In this document: piece after piece, positions 48,745-58,583 of the stretch | Numbering within the stretch: the first letter of the stretch is position 1 | Layout of the letters: every line of letters starts with the position of its first letter | Assembly: GCA_963813155.1 (NCBI GenBank) | Contig: CAWEYG010000005.1 | Span: 160,001 to 224,000 of the forward strand | Direction of reading: 5' to 3' | DNA from: an uncultured Acidobacteriota bacterium | GTDB lineage: Bacteria; Acidobacteriota; Thermoanaerobaculia; UBA5066; DATFVB01 | DNA length: 64,000 nucleotides | Made by a program: the position numbers and the translations under genes | Notes under the pieces: generated by a model | Databases searched by the model: none | What the model saw: the letters and a program-made list of their open reading frames with translations, nothing else | What the model was told of the DNA's origin: nothing

Positions 48745-49589
48745 GATTCCCTTCCTGGCGGGAGAAACTCTCCCGTGTAAACGAACGGCAACCGGTCCGG
48801 AAAGACGCGGACGCCCCTGTCGCGCCGCGCGTCCTCGACGAGCGATTGAAGATAGCGGTCGGCCTTCTCCCGCAACAGGCGCCGCCGGATCTCCGGCCCG
48901 GCCTGTTCGATCGTCAGCTCCCGCGCCGCCAACCTCTCTTCTGCCTTGAAGATCAAATACCCTTCTTCCGCCGCGATCACAGGCGACATCTCTCCCGCTC
49001 TCAAACGAAAAATCGCTCCTTCGAATTCCGAAGGAAGGTCTCCGCGTTCGACCCAGCCCAGCTGTCCCCCCGACGCGGCGTCGGGAGAACGGGAGGCCGA
49101 CTGCGCGACCTTCGCGAAATCCTCGCCTCTCGAGATTCTCAGGCGCGCCGAGTCGGCTTCGTCCCGCTGTTTCGTGAAGATCCTCTCGACTCTCACCTGC
49201 TCGGGCTTCCGATATCTCTCGCGGTGCAGATCATATTCCCTCTGAACGTCCTCCGCCGTCGGGAGGACGGCCGATCCGGCGCGGGAAAGCAGCAGGGAGG
49301 GGGCGTTGAGGCGATCGGCGTCGTCGTCGCTGCCGGACAGCTTCGCGGCCGCCCTCCAGATTTCCTCCCGCAGGAACTGGTCGAACAGCCCCGACACGAC
49401 TTTCGGGGAAGATTCGGCGATCGGCCTTCCAGAGTTCGCTTCGAAGTACGCGCGAAAAGCCCGAAGGGACACCGGCCGCCCTGCGACGAGCGCGGCGGTG
49501 TCGACGGAAACCGGGCGCGCCCGCCTCACGCAGGCGGAAAAGGCCGCGCTCGCGAGAAGGGCGAGTCCGGCCGCGGCCGGCCTTCTCAC
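48741..49589 (-). CDS. Parvulin-type peptidyl-prolyl isomerase (lipoprotein)
   Basis: Lipobox-like FSAC; FAKVAQSASRSPDAASGGQLG; downstream of mfd. Confidence 0.82.
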   Translation of the reverse strand: MRRPAAAGLALLASAAFSACVRRARPVSVDTAALVAGRPVSLRAFRAYFEANSGRPIAESSPKVVSGLFDQFLREEIWRAAAKLSGSDDDADRLNAPSLLLSRAGSAVLPTAEDVQREYDLHRERYRKPEQVRVERIFTKQRDEADSARLRISRGEDFAKVAQSASRSPDAASGGQLGWVERGDLPSEFEGAIFRLRAGEMSPVIAAEEGYLIFKAEERLAARELTIEQAGPEIRRRLLREKADRYLQSLVEDARRDRGVRVFPDRLPFVYTGEFLPPGRES

Positions 49590-52500
49590 GCGGCCTCCGG
49601 CAGGAGGAGACGGTCGAGGAGGTCGATGACGGTCGGGATGGGCGTTTCCCCGGGGAGCGTCACGATCCCCGGCGGAGTCAGGGCGGCCCCCGAGACCCGC
49701 CCGATCGCGCGCACGAGGCGGGCGGGGTCGACGCGGGCGCTCTCCTCGAAGACGATTCGGTACGAGCTTCCGCGCTTCTCCACCGAACGGATCTCGAGCT
49801 GCTCGGCCCGCCGGCGCAGCCGTCCGTATTCGAGAAGCCGGGCGACGGATTCGGGAGGTGCCCCGAACCGGTCCTCGGTCTCCCTCGCGATCTCGAAGAT
49901 CTCGGAGTCGTCCCGGGCGCGGGCGATTCGCTTGTAGAGCGCGAGGCGCAGGCTTTCCTCGGGCAGGTAGGAAGGCGGGATCGAGAGCTCGTGCCCGAGG
50001 GAGATCGTGACGGTGCGTTCCTCCCGCACCTCTTCGCCGCGCAGCTCGCGCATCGCCTCGTCCAGGAGGTCGAGGTACATCTCGAGGCCGACGGCGTTGA
50101 TGTGACCCGACTGCTCGGCGCCGAGAAAGTTTCCGGCCCCCCGGATCTCGAGATCCTTCGCGGCGATTCGGAAGCCGGCTCCGAGATCGCAGAACTCGCG
50201 GATCGTCGCGAGGCGCGCCCGGGCGGTTTCCGTCAACGCCGCGTCCGGCTCCACGACGAGATAGCAGTACGCGGCCTTATCGCTTCGCCCCACGCGGCCC
50301 CGGAGCTGGTAGAGCTGAGAGAGACCGAACGTGTCGGCCCGGTCGATGAGGATCGTGTTGACGGAGGGGATGTCGATTCCGTTTTCGAGGATCGTTGTCG
50401 CCAGGAGGATGTCCGATTTTCGCGAGACGAAATCGAGCATCGTTTTCTCGAGCTGCCCCTCGCCCATCTGTCCGTGCCCGATCGCGATGCGAGCCTCCGG
50501 AAGCACCTCTTCGAGGAACCTCTTCTCGGCCGCGATCGAGTCGACGCGGTTGTGGATGTAGAACACCTGGCCGCCCCGCGCCAGCTCGAACGCGATCGAC
50601 TCCCGAACCACGTCGGCGCTCTTCGGAATGATCTGGGTCTCGATCGCGAGCCGGTCGCGCGGCGGCGTCTCGATGATCGACAGGTCCCGCAGTCCCGACA
50701 GGGAGAGGTTGAGAGATCGCGGGATCGGCGTCGCCGACATCGATAGCACGTCGATCGAGGCCTTCCACTCCTTGATCTTTTCCTTCTGCGCAACGCCGAA
50801 ACGCTGTTCCTCGTCGATCACAAGCAGGCCCAGGTCGCGGAACCGGATGTCCTTCGAAAGAAGTCGGTGCGTCGCGATGAGGATGTCGACCGTGCCTTCC
50901 GCGAGCTTCTCGGCGACCTTCTTCTGCTCCGAGCGGTCCCGAAAGCGGGAGAGCAGCTCGATCGTCACCGGAAACGACGAAAAGCGCCGCGTGAACGTGC
51001 GGAAGTGCTGGTCCGCGAGGATCGTCGTCGGGGCGAGGACAGCGACCTGCTTGCCGTCCAGGACAGCCTTGAACGCGGCGCGCATGGCGACTTCCGTCTT
51101 TCCGTAGCCGACGTCGCCGCACAGGAGCCGGTCCATGGGAACGGGCCTCTCCATGTCGCGCTTGACGTCCGTGATCGCCTGGGCCTGGTCGGGGGTCTCG
51201 ACGTATTCGAAAGCGTCTTCGAACTCCTTCTGCCACGGGGAGTCCTTCGAGTACGCGAAGCCCTGCGCCTGCGCGCGCCGCGCGTAGACCCGCAGGAGGT
51301 CCTGCGACAGGTCGCGAACGGCCTTGCGGACGGCCGACTTCTTTCTCGACCACGACGCGCCTCCGAGGCGGTCGAGCTTCGGCTCCGCGCCCTCCGCGCC
51401 GGAGTATTTCTGGATCCGGTCGAGCCGCTCCACGGGGAGCAGCAGCGTCTTCTCCTCGCCGTAGGAGATCTCGACGAACTCGCGCTCTTCCGCGTCGACC
51501 GAAAACCGTTTCAACCCCAGGAACTTCCCGACGCCGTAGTCGAGGTGCACGACGAAATCCCCCGGCTTCAGGTCGCGCAGGTCCGACAGGAACGCGTCGG
51601 CCGCCCGCTTCCGGGTCGGCGAGGCCGTTCGATCGGCTCCGAAGATCTGCTCTTCCGAAAAGAGCGAGAAACCGCTGCGACGCAGGCGGAACCCGGCCGA
51701 GATCTCGCCGGCGAAAATTTCGAGGGAATCGAGCCCGTATTCCCGCGCGACGCGCTGCAGCTTTTCCGTTCCTCCCCGCGGATGGACGGCCGCACCGACC
51801 CGGCCGCCGGAATCGAGGGCGATTCGGATCTGCGCAACGGCGTCGGGCAGCCTCCCTTCGAAGGACGGGAGCTCTTCTCCCGAGAGCTTCACCGGGACTC
51901 CCGGCGAGAGTCCGAGGCGGTCGAAAAGAAGACCGGCGCGGCCGGCGACTGCCGATTCGACGTCCGAAGCCGCGTGGAGGATTTCCTCGGGCAGGATCGC
52001 GGCGACATCCGGGTCGTAGTCCTGGCGAACCCGTTCCTCCCACTCTTCGAGGGCGGCCGCGACAGACGCCGGCTCGAGCACCGCGACCATGGCGTCCGGC
52101 GCGTGATCGAAAATCGTCGCGGCGCTTCCGGCGACCGCCGCCGAGAACAGGGTCCGCTCCGCCGCGCTCGGGGGATGGCCGAGGCGCCGCTCGAGACGAA
52201 CGTCCGCCTCGCGCGATTCGGAGACCGCCGAGAGAGGAGCGATGACGACGCGCTCGAGCCTCGCCTCGGAGCGCTGCGTGTCGGGATCGAACGTGCGGAG
52301 GGACGCGACGTCGTCTCCGTCGAGCTCGATCCGGAAAGGCCGCGGAGAGTCGGCCGGGAAGACGTCCACGAGGCCGCCCCGCGCCGCGAAGTCTCCCATC
52401 TCGAGGACGAGATCGGATCGGGTGTATCCCTCGCGCACGAGAAACGCGAGGAGCTCTTCCCGCGAAAGGGGGCTTCCCGCCGCGATCGCGAGCTGCCGCG

Positions 52501-52864
52501 AAGAAAACGACTCCCGGGAAGGAAGGCGCGACCCGAGGAAACGGGCGGGAATGGCCGCGAGACGGCACGTTCCGTTCGCGAGCCCGGACAGGAGCGAGAA
52601 CTCCGATTTCCGGTATTTCAGGGACGGGAGCACTTTCTGGTACGGCGTCAGGGAGGGCTCCGGCGCGACGCTGACCCCGGAGAGGCCGAACGCGGCGGCA
52701 TCGGCGGCGACGGCCGCGGCGGAGTCTTCGTCGGGCGTGACGAGGAGGATCGTCTTTCCCTGGACCCGGGAGAGCTCGGCGAGGACGAGCCCCGGAAGAG
52801 CGCCAACGGCGCCGGAAAGGACGTGGGGAGGGCGCACCTCCGCGCGACAGAGCTGCTTGAGCAA
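49586..52864 (-). CDS. mfd: Transcription-repair coupling factor
   Basis: UvrB-like region (RGGLVDVFP), RID (VVHLDYGVG), GDVGYGKTEVA, DEEQRFGV, QLRGRVGRS, TRCF domain. Confidence 0.97.
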   Translation of the reverse strand: MLKQLCRAEVRPPHVLSGAVGALPGLVLAELSRVQGKTILLVTPDEDSAAAVAADAAAFGLSGVSVAPEPSLTPYQKVLPSLKYRKSEFSLLSGLANGTCRLAAIPARFLGSRLPSRESFSSRQLAIAAGSPLSREELLAFLVREGYTRSDLVLEMGDFAARGGLVDVFPADSPRPFRIELDGDDVASLRTFDPDTQRSEARLERVVIAPLSAVSESREADVRLERRLGHPPSAAERTLFSAAVAGSAATIFDHAPDAMVAVLEPASVAAALEEWEERVRQDYDPDVAAILPEEILHAASDVESAVAGRAGLLFDRLGLSPGVPVKLSGEELPSFEGRLPDAVAQIRIALDSGGRVGAAVHPRGGTEKLQRVAREYGLDSLEIFAGEISAGFRLRRSGFSLFSEEQIFGADRTASPTRKRAADAFLSDLRDLKPGDFVVHLDYGVGKFLGLKRFSVDAEEREFVEISYGEEKTLLLPVERLDRIQKYSGAEGAEPKLDRLGGASWSRKKSAVRKAVRDLSQDLLRVYARRAQAQGFAYSKDSPWQKEFEDAFEYVETPDQAQAITDVKRDMERPVPMDRLLCGDVGYGKTEVAMRAAFKAVLDGKQVAVLAPTTILADQHFRTFTRRFSSFPVTIELLSRFRDRSEQKKVAEKLAEGTVDILIATHRLLSKDIRFRDLGLLVIDEEQRFGVAQKEKIKEWKASIDVLSMSATPIPRSLNLSLSGLRDLSIIETPPRDRLAIETQIIPKSADVVRESIAFELARGGQVFYIHNRVDSIAAEKRFLEEVLPEARIAIGHGQMGEGQLEKTMLDFVSRKSDILLATTILENGIDIPSVNTILIDRADTFGLSQLYQLRGRVGRSDKAAYCYLVVEPDAALTETARARLATIREFCDLGAGFRIAAKDLEIRGAGNFLGAEQSGHINAVGLEMYLDLLDEAMRELRGEEVREERTVTISLGHELSIPPSYLPEESLRLALYKRIARARDDSEIFEIARETEDRFGAPPESVARLLEYGRLRRRAEQLEIRSVEKRGSSYRIVFEESARVDPARLVRAIGRVSGAALTPPGIVTLPGETPIPTVIDLLDRLLLPEAA

Positions 52865-52990
52865 CTCCTCGATTTCGGGGATTTCCCCGGCGAGGCGGGA
52901 CAGGCTATCGGGCGATCTTCCCCCAGGTCTCCATGCGGAGATCCAACGGTTTCCGCAGGCGAATCATTTCACAGATCCGCCGGAAGGGCC

Positions 52991-54151
52991 CTATCCCGCG
53001 GCTTCCTTCGTGATCGCCCGGCCGATGACGAGGCGCTGGATCTGGTTGGTGCCCTCGTAGATCTGGGTGATCTTCGCGTCGCGCATGAACTTCTCGATCG
53101 GGTAGTCCTTGCAGTAGCCGTAGCCGCCGAAGAGCTGCACGGCGTTGGTCGTCACTTCCATCGCGACGTCGGTGCCGAACACCTTGCACATCGCGGAGTA
53201 TTTCGTGAAGTTCTTGACTCCCGCGTCGATCGCGGAAGCCGCCGCGTAGATGAGCTGCCGCGCCGCCTCGATGCGCGTCGCCATGTCCGCGAGCATCCAC
53301 TGGACGCCCTGGAACGACGCGACGGACTGGCCGAACTGCTGCCGGTCGCGCGTGTACCGGATCGCGAGGTCGAGCGCTCCCTGGGCGAGGCCAAGCGCCT
53401 GCGCGGCGACGGCGGGGCGAGCCCGGTCGAGCGTCATCATCGCGTTGCCGAAGCCGCTTCCTTCCTTGCCGCCGAGGACCTGCGCCGCCGGAATCGAGCA
53501 GTTCTCGAAGTGCAGCTCGTGGACCGGGACGCACCGGATCCCCATCAGGTCTTCTTTCTTTCCGATGCGAAATCCCGGGTGGCCCTTCTCCACGAGGAAA
53601 GCCGTGATGCCGCGCGAGCCGCGCTCGGGGTTCGTCGACGCATAGACGGTGTAGATCGTCGCGGCGTTTCCGTTCGTGTTCCACTTCTTGTCGCCGTTGA
53701 CGAGAAACGAGCCGTCCGCCTGCTTCTCCGCGAGGCAGGAAAGGGACCCGGCGTCCGAGCCGGACTTCTTCTCCGAGAGGCCGAACGCGATGAGATTTTC
53801 GCCCGACGCGATTTTCGGGAGCCACTTCTGTTTCTGCTCGTCGGTGCCGCCGAGGATGATCGGAAACGAGCCGAGCGAGTTGACGGCGTAGAGCACGCCG
53901 AAGCCGCCGCAGACCTTCGAGAGCTCCTCGACGACGAGGCAGAGGTTCAGGACCCCGCCTCCGGCGCCGCCGTATTCCTTCGGAATCCAGACCTTGAAGA
54001 GGTCGAACTTCTTCAACCCTTCGACGGCCGACCAGGGATATTCGGCCGTACGGTCCCATTCGGCGGCGTGGGGTGCGACGTACTTCTCCGCGCACTCTTT
54101 CGCTCGGGCGATCCAGTCCTGATTTTCGGCGGACAGCATTTCGCGAATCAT
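52991..54151 (-). CDS. Acyl-CoA dehydrogenase
   Basis: FGLSE..GSDA, NGDKKWNTN, RQQFG, GGYGY..RDAKITQIYEGTNQIQR. Confidence 0.95.
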   Translation of the reverse strand: MIREMLSAENQDWIARAKECAEKYVAPHAAEWDRTAEYPWSAVEGLKKFDLFKVWIPKEYGGAGGGVLNLCLVVEELSKVCGGFGVLYAVNSLGSFPIILGGTDEQKQKWLPKIASGENLIAFGLSEKKSGSDAGSLSCLAEKQADGSFLVNGDKKWNTNGNAATIYTVYASTNPERGSRGITAFLVEKGHPGFRIGKKEDLMGIRCVPVHELHFENCSIPAAQVLGGKEGSGFGNAMMTLDRARPAVAAQALGLAQGALDLAIRYTRDRQQFGQSVASFQGVQWMLADMATRIEAARQLIYAAASAIDAGVKNFTKYSAMCKVFGTDVAMEVTTNAVQLFGGYGYCKDYPIEKFMRDAKITQIYEGTNQIQRLVIGRAITKEAAG

Positions 54152-54232
54152 CGGATTTCTCCTCGTTTGAGCCGCGGTAGGATACCCGAAAATCCGGTCC
54201 CGCGCCGGAACCGGGGAAGGCAGGAGGCCGCG

Positions 54233-54421
54233 TTGACAGCTCTCGTTTTCGGTCAGACGACCGGTTGCATCGGGTTGTTCATCCTGATCGTCGACATCCT
54301 CTGCATCATCCAGATCGCGGAGGCGAGGAAGTCGACGCTGAAGAAGGCACTCTGGATCGCCTTCGTCGTTCTCTTCCCCGTCCTGGGGGCGCTGATCTGG
54401 CTGCTGCTCGGAAAGAAGTGA
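54233..54421 (+). CDS. Small membrane protein, PLDc N-terminal domain family
   Basis: KALWIAFVVLFPVLGALIWLLLG motif; GGAGG SD before TTG. Confidence 0.75.
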   Translation: MTALVFGQTTGCIGLFILIVDILCIIQIAEARKSTLKKALWIAFVVLFPVLGALIWLLLGKK

Positions 54422-54436
54422 CGGGCGGGTCGCCCG

Positions 54437-55447
54437 TCATTCCCGCGAACGCGGGGAGGTGGATTCACATTTGAAGTGCAACAGATGAGAGAAGACCTCG
54501 GCCGGGGTTTGGAAGTCAAGGCATTTCCTAGGTGTGTGATTGTAGAGTTGGGCAAGGCGGAGGATTTGGCTCGTGGGAAGGACTGCCAGGTCGGTTTTTC
54601 GGGGGAGGAAGCGACGAAGCCGGCCGATGGCATTTTCGACTCCGCCCTTCTGCCAAGGAGACCGTGGATCGCAAAAGAATGTTTCGACTCCGAGGGTTTT
54701 CCCCAGGCGGTGATGGAAAGCGAACTCGGTTCCGTTGTCGAAGGTCACGGTGCGGCGCAGGGACGGGGGAAGAGGTCGCAGAAGATTTTCGATGGTAGAG
54801 ACAAGAGGTGCGGCGGCCTTGCTTTGTTGACGCAGGATAACCGTCAGTCGAGAAGTACGTTCGTGAAGGGCCAAGACGGCCTGCCCATAGGTGGCAAAGA
54901 GCATGAGATCGGCCTCCCAATGGCCAGGGTTGGTTCGGTCACTGGCTTCTGGGGGTCGCAGAGCAATGGGGACACGGTTTTGGATGTGCACGGTCGAGTT
55001 GCCGTGTTTTGGGGAGCGTCGGCCGCGCTTGCTCTTGCCGCGGGGGAGGTAGAGCCGCCAGGAGTAATCCTTGGTGCGAGCGATCTGAGCGGCGATGAAG
55101 CGATAAATGGTTTCATGACTGACAACCGGCCGGCCTTCTTCGCGCGCGAGCCTGCCGGCGACCTCCTGCGGCGACCATCCCTGACTGAGGCGGTCCAAGA
55201 CCAGAGCCTGGAGGTCGGGCCGACGCAACAGTTTGCTGCCGGTCCAGCGCCGTGCCTTGGCCTGTTGACCGGCGTAAACGGGCTGATACCCGCCCGACGT
55301 CGTGCTGTTGCGCTTCAGCTCCCGAGCAACGCTCGATGGCGCGCGATCCAGACCTGCCGCGATTTGCCGGATCGATTGCCCGGCGCAGCGACGCCGGGCA
55401 ATCTCACACCGTTCCTGGATCCCAAGCTGCCCGTATTGGCGCCCCAT
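54437..55447 (-). CDS. IS30 family DDE transposase
   Basis: HTH (SIRQIAAGLDRAPSSVARELKRN), WSPQEVAG, SHETIYR, GHWEADL, TFDNGTEF, PWQKGGVEN, N..PRKCL. Confidence 0.95.
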   Translation of the reverse strand: MGRQYGQLGIQERCEIARRRCAGQSIRQIAAGLDRAPSSVARELKRNSTTSGGYQPVYAGQQAKARRWTGSKLLRRPDLQALVLDRLSQGWSPQEVAGRLAREEGRPVVSHETIYRFIAAQIARTKDYSWRLYLPRGKSKRGRRSPKHGNSTVHIQNRVPIALRPPEASDRTNPGHWEADLMLFATYGQAVLALHERTSRLTVILRQQSKAAAPLVSTIENLLRPLPPSLRRTVTFDNGTEFAFHHRLGKTLGVETFFCDPRSPWQKGGVENAIGRLRRFLPRKTDLAVLPTSQILRLAQLYNHTPRKCLDFQTPAEVFSHLLHFKCESTSPRSRE

Positions 55448-55494
55448 CGCAGCACCCCCATCAGAAGGTGTTGCACTTCGTTTGTGAAATCAAA
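54458..55494 (-). mobile_element. IS30 family insertion sequence
   Basis: Imperfect terminal IRs GGATTCACATTTGAAGTGCAACA (54461) and TGTTGCACTTCGTTTGTGAAATC (to 55491); apparent 3-bp target duplication GGA at 54455-54457 and 55495-55497. Confidence 0.88.
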
Positions 55495-55592
55495 GGATCC
55501 CTCTCGTATCGACTTCGGAAAAAAACCACCTGAGCGATCCCCGCTTTCGCGGGGATGACGACGTCGTCGTCTGGGGGATGACGACTTCGTCG

Positions 55593-56360
55593 TCAGAACG
55601 AGTGGCTGACGCCGAGCAGGCCGCGGTAGCGGATTCGCGTGCGCTCGCCCGCAACCTCGGAAAGCATCCCGGCGTAAAAGACCGACTGCATCCCGATCCT
55701 GCGCTTCACGCCGATCTCGACTCCCACCGTCGGCTTGCCGCCGGTCTCGACACTCTGGCGGACGTAAGCGTCCATCATTCCCAGCGTGTCGGTGTTCCAG
55801 CCGCCGCCCGGCGGCGAATCGAAACCGATGGCCGCGTAGAGGCGGTTGCGCCGTTCTTCCGGCCGCGTGCTGCCGATGTACATCGAGCCGAAGTTTCCGT
55901 GGACCCGAAAACCGTCGAACGATTTCGAGAGCAGAAGCTCGGGGACGAAATTCGTTCCGTGGGAGGCGAAGCCCGTGGCGAGCAGGGCATCGAACCTCAC
56001 CCCGATTCCCGGGCGGTCTCCGGTTTCGGTGACGACTTGCGCCAGGACGTGCAGGTCGAGATCTCCCGAGCCGATCCCGCGGCGGGCATTCAGCCGCGGG
56101 TTCGTCAGGAGGCGAGTCTCGCCGCCGATTTCGAAGTTCGGCGCGAAACCGTAGACGAGCGCCAGGGCCGGACCCGCATAGTCGACGTGATCGAGCCGCA
56201 CGGCGTAGGCGTAGTCGAACGAGCCCGAGTACGTCCCCGGGGAAATCGGGACCGAGTCTTCGATCGTGATCGGCCGCCCCGCCTCCAGGTTCGAGACCTC
56301 CTGTGCCCGCGCGCCCGCGGCGGGCAGAAGGGCGAGCAGGAGAAAAAGCGCCCTCCTCAT
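55593..56360 (-). CDS. Putative outer-membrane beta-barrel protein
   Basis: Signal peptide (..AGARAQ), amphipathic strands, GSGDLDL, C-terminal Phe (VSHSF). Confidence 0.65.
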   Translation of the reverse strand: MRRALFLLLALLPAAGARAQEVSNLEAGRPITIEDSVPISPGTYSGSFDYAYAVRLDHVDYAGPALALVYGFAPNFEIGGETRLLTNPRLNARRGIGSGDLDLHVLAQVVTETGDRPGIGVRFDALLATGFASHGTNFVPELLLSKSFDGFRVHGNFGSMYIGSTRPEERRNRLYAAIGFDSPPGGGWNTDTLGMMDAYVRQSVETGGKPTVGVEIGVKRRIGMQSVFYAGMLSEVAGERTRIRYRGLLGVSHSF

Positions 56361-57190
56361 CGGAGACCGTATCTCTTCTCGGCCGCCCGGAGGCCGGCGC
56401 GGCGCGCGGCGGCGTCGGAAGACGAGAGCGCCTCGAAGAGCTCGATCCGAAAGTGCGTCGCGCGGTCGAGCACGGCGGCGACGAGCGGATAAGACTCCGT
56501 GAAGGCGGGCGCGAATCGCGTGTACCAGGAAGCCTCGATCGAATCCGGCGGCTGCTCGATCTCGCGGTCGTACCGATCGACGCTGGCTTTGACCTTCCAG
56601 CGCTGCTCGCGAAAGCTCGCGGCGGCGAGGTCGTCCGCCGACTGGGCGAAAAGCCAATCGCCTTCGAGCAGCAGCCTGGCCGTTCGGAATTCGCCAAACC
56701 TCGCGTCGACCCCGGCCGGCGCCGGCTCGGAGAGCGCGTACTGTGCGCGCCGATACTCCGTCAGACTTCGCTCGATTCGCACCTTCGTGTTGATGCCCAG
56801 CGCGTCGGTCGCGGCGAGAGCGTCGGCGACCTGGCGTTCGAGCCGGTCGGCTTCCAGGATCGCGCCGAAAGCGCGGGAAGCTTCGCGCGAAAAGCGGGGA
56901 GCGCAGAGACGGGCGTCGGGCGGAAAGTTCGGAAGGCGATGGATCGCCGCGAGGACCGATTCTTCGAGCGTTTCGTCGAGCTCGCGGCCGATCCCCCGGG
57001 TCCACGCGTTCTCGAGAGCCCTCCAGCGGCCGTACCGGATCGCGTTCTCTCGCGCATCGAGATCGGGAAAGAAGCGGTGAACGGAGTGAGAGGAGAGACC
57101 CTGAAAGGGAAGCCGGAGGGACGTTTGCCCGGAACAACCGATCCCGAGGAGGAGCGGCAGAAGCGCCAGTCGCAGCATCAACTCCTTCAT
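56357..57190 (-). CDS. Hypothetical lipoprotein (in frame with the upstream symporter)
   Basis: MKELMLRLALLPLLLGIGC lipobox-like signal; TAAAAT box 10 nt upstream. Confidence 0.5.
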   Translation of the reverse strand: MKELMLRLALLPLLLGIGCSGQTSLRLPFQGLSSHSVHRFFPDLDARENAIRYGRWRALENAWTRGIGRELDETLEESVLAAIHRLPNFPPDARLCAPRFSREASRAFGAILEADRLERQVADALAATDALGINTKVRIERSLTEYRRAQYALSEPAPAGVDARFGEFRTARLLLEGDWLFAQSADDLAAASFREQRWKVKASVDRYDREIEQPPDSIEASWYTRFAPAFTESYPLVAAVLDRATHFRIELFEALSSSDAAARRAGLRAAEKRYGLR

Positions 57191-57203
57191 GGATCGGAGA
57201 ATT

Positions 57204-58576
57204 TTAACCCGTAATCCCCCGGGCACCGTCCCCTTCAGGCGAGTGCGCGCCATTCCGAGGAGGAGGATCGCGAGGTTGATCGCGGATCCCGCGATGACCG
57301 GGTCGACGTGAAAGAGCAGTCCGGGGAAAAATCGTCCGAGCAGCGCGGCCGAGCCGCCGGCGACCATCGCCGCGATCGCGTCCCGCGGCGGAACCCAGAG
57401 AACCGGGAAGAAGCCGAAGAGAATCGGAAGGATCATCCCCGCCGCGAAGATCGAATATCCGAGCTTCAGGGTCTCCACGATTTCCCGCATTCCGAGCGCG
57501 ACGAGCAGGCCGAGCGCCCCGTAGACGGGCACGAGGAGTCGGGCCGCGCGGAAATCCAGCGCCCGGCCCGCGAGCGGCGCCACGTCGCGGGCCGTCGCGG
57601 AGGCCGCCGTCAGGAGCACCGAGTCCGCGGAAGACTGCATGGTTGCGAGCAGGGCAACGGTCGCGAAGGAGGCGAGAACAGCGGGAGGGAAAGTCGCGAG
57701 CGCCGCCGGCAGCGCCTCGGAAGGATTCGCGCGGGCCAGTCCCGCCGCGCGCGCGCCGAGGGCGATCGCGGCGACCGCGCCTCCGAAGACGACCTTCGAC
57801 GCGGCCGCGCCGAAAGCCGAGAGGCGGGCCGAGCGCTCGTCGCGGCAGGAGAGCAGCTTCGAGTAAATGTCGCCGCCGACCAGGTGGGGAAGCCCGATCA
57901 GCACGAGCCAGCCCGCGACCTCCTTCCAGCCGAGCGACGGCGACACCGGAAACGTGCCTGCCGCCCGGGGGAGCGCGGCGCGGAAATGCGGCGCGCTCGC
58001 GATCGTTCCGACGAGCAGGATACCGGCCACCATCAGCGCGTACTGGACGAGATCGGTCGCGACGACCGCGTACTGTCCCCCGATCGCCGTGTACGCAATG
58101 AAGACGGCCGCCGACACGAGGAGCGCCGCGGTCGGGGGCACGCCGAGGGCGGCCGTGAGCACGATTTGAGAAGCCTCCGTCAGCAGGGCGAACCACGCGA
58201 TCTCGGCGACGACCACGAGCACTCCCGCCGCGGCCCGCGCCGACGGCCCGTAGAAACGGCCGGCGATTTCCGGGAGCGTGAAAGCTCCCGTGCGGCGCAC
58301 CTTTCCCGCGAGAAAGGCGCCGAGCAGGAAGAGACCGAGGGCGCCCGAGAGGTCGAGCCAGACGCCGGCGAGGCCGTGGCGATACACGAGGGCGGCGCAG
58401 ACGATCGTCGCCGACCCGCCGGTCGTCGTGGACGCGAGCGCGGCAAACCCCCGCCAGGGACCGTACGAACGGTCCGCGACGTAGAAGGACCGCTCGCCCG
58501 CGGAGGCCTTGCGCCGCGTGGCGAGGCCGATCGCGAGCATCGCCGCGAGGTAAACCGCGAGAAAAGCGACGGTCAT
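57204..58576 (-). CDS. Sodium:solute symporter family protein (no in-frame stop before the next gene)
   Basis: FYVADR, FTLPEIAGRFYG, YTAIGGQYAVVATDLVQY, ATMQSSADS. The frame stays open to 56357; nearest alternative-frame stop is at 57204. Confidence 0.82.
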
Positions 58577-58583
58577 GGGCCGG

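Larger units (their letters stand above)
54435..55560. repeat. Inverted REP pair interrupted by the IS30 element
   Basis: Left REP CGTCATTCCCGCGAACGCGGGGA|TCC is split by the IS. The inverted mate GATCCCCGCTTTCGCGGGGATGACG lies at 55536-55560, with partial GGGGATGACGAC copies just after. Confidence 0.75.
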
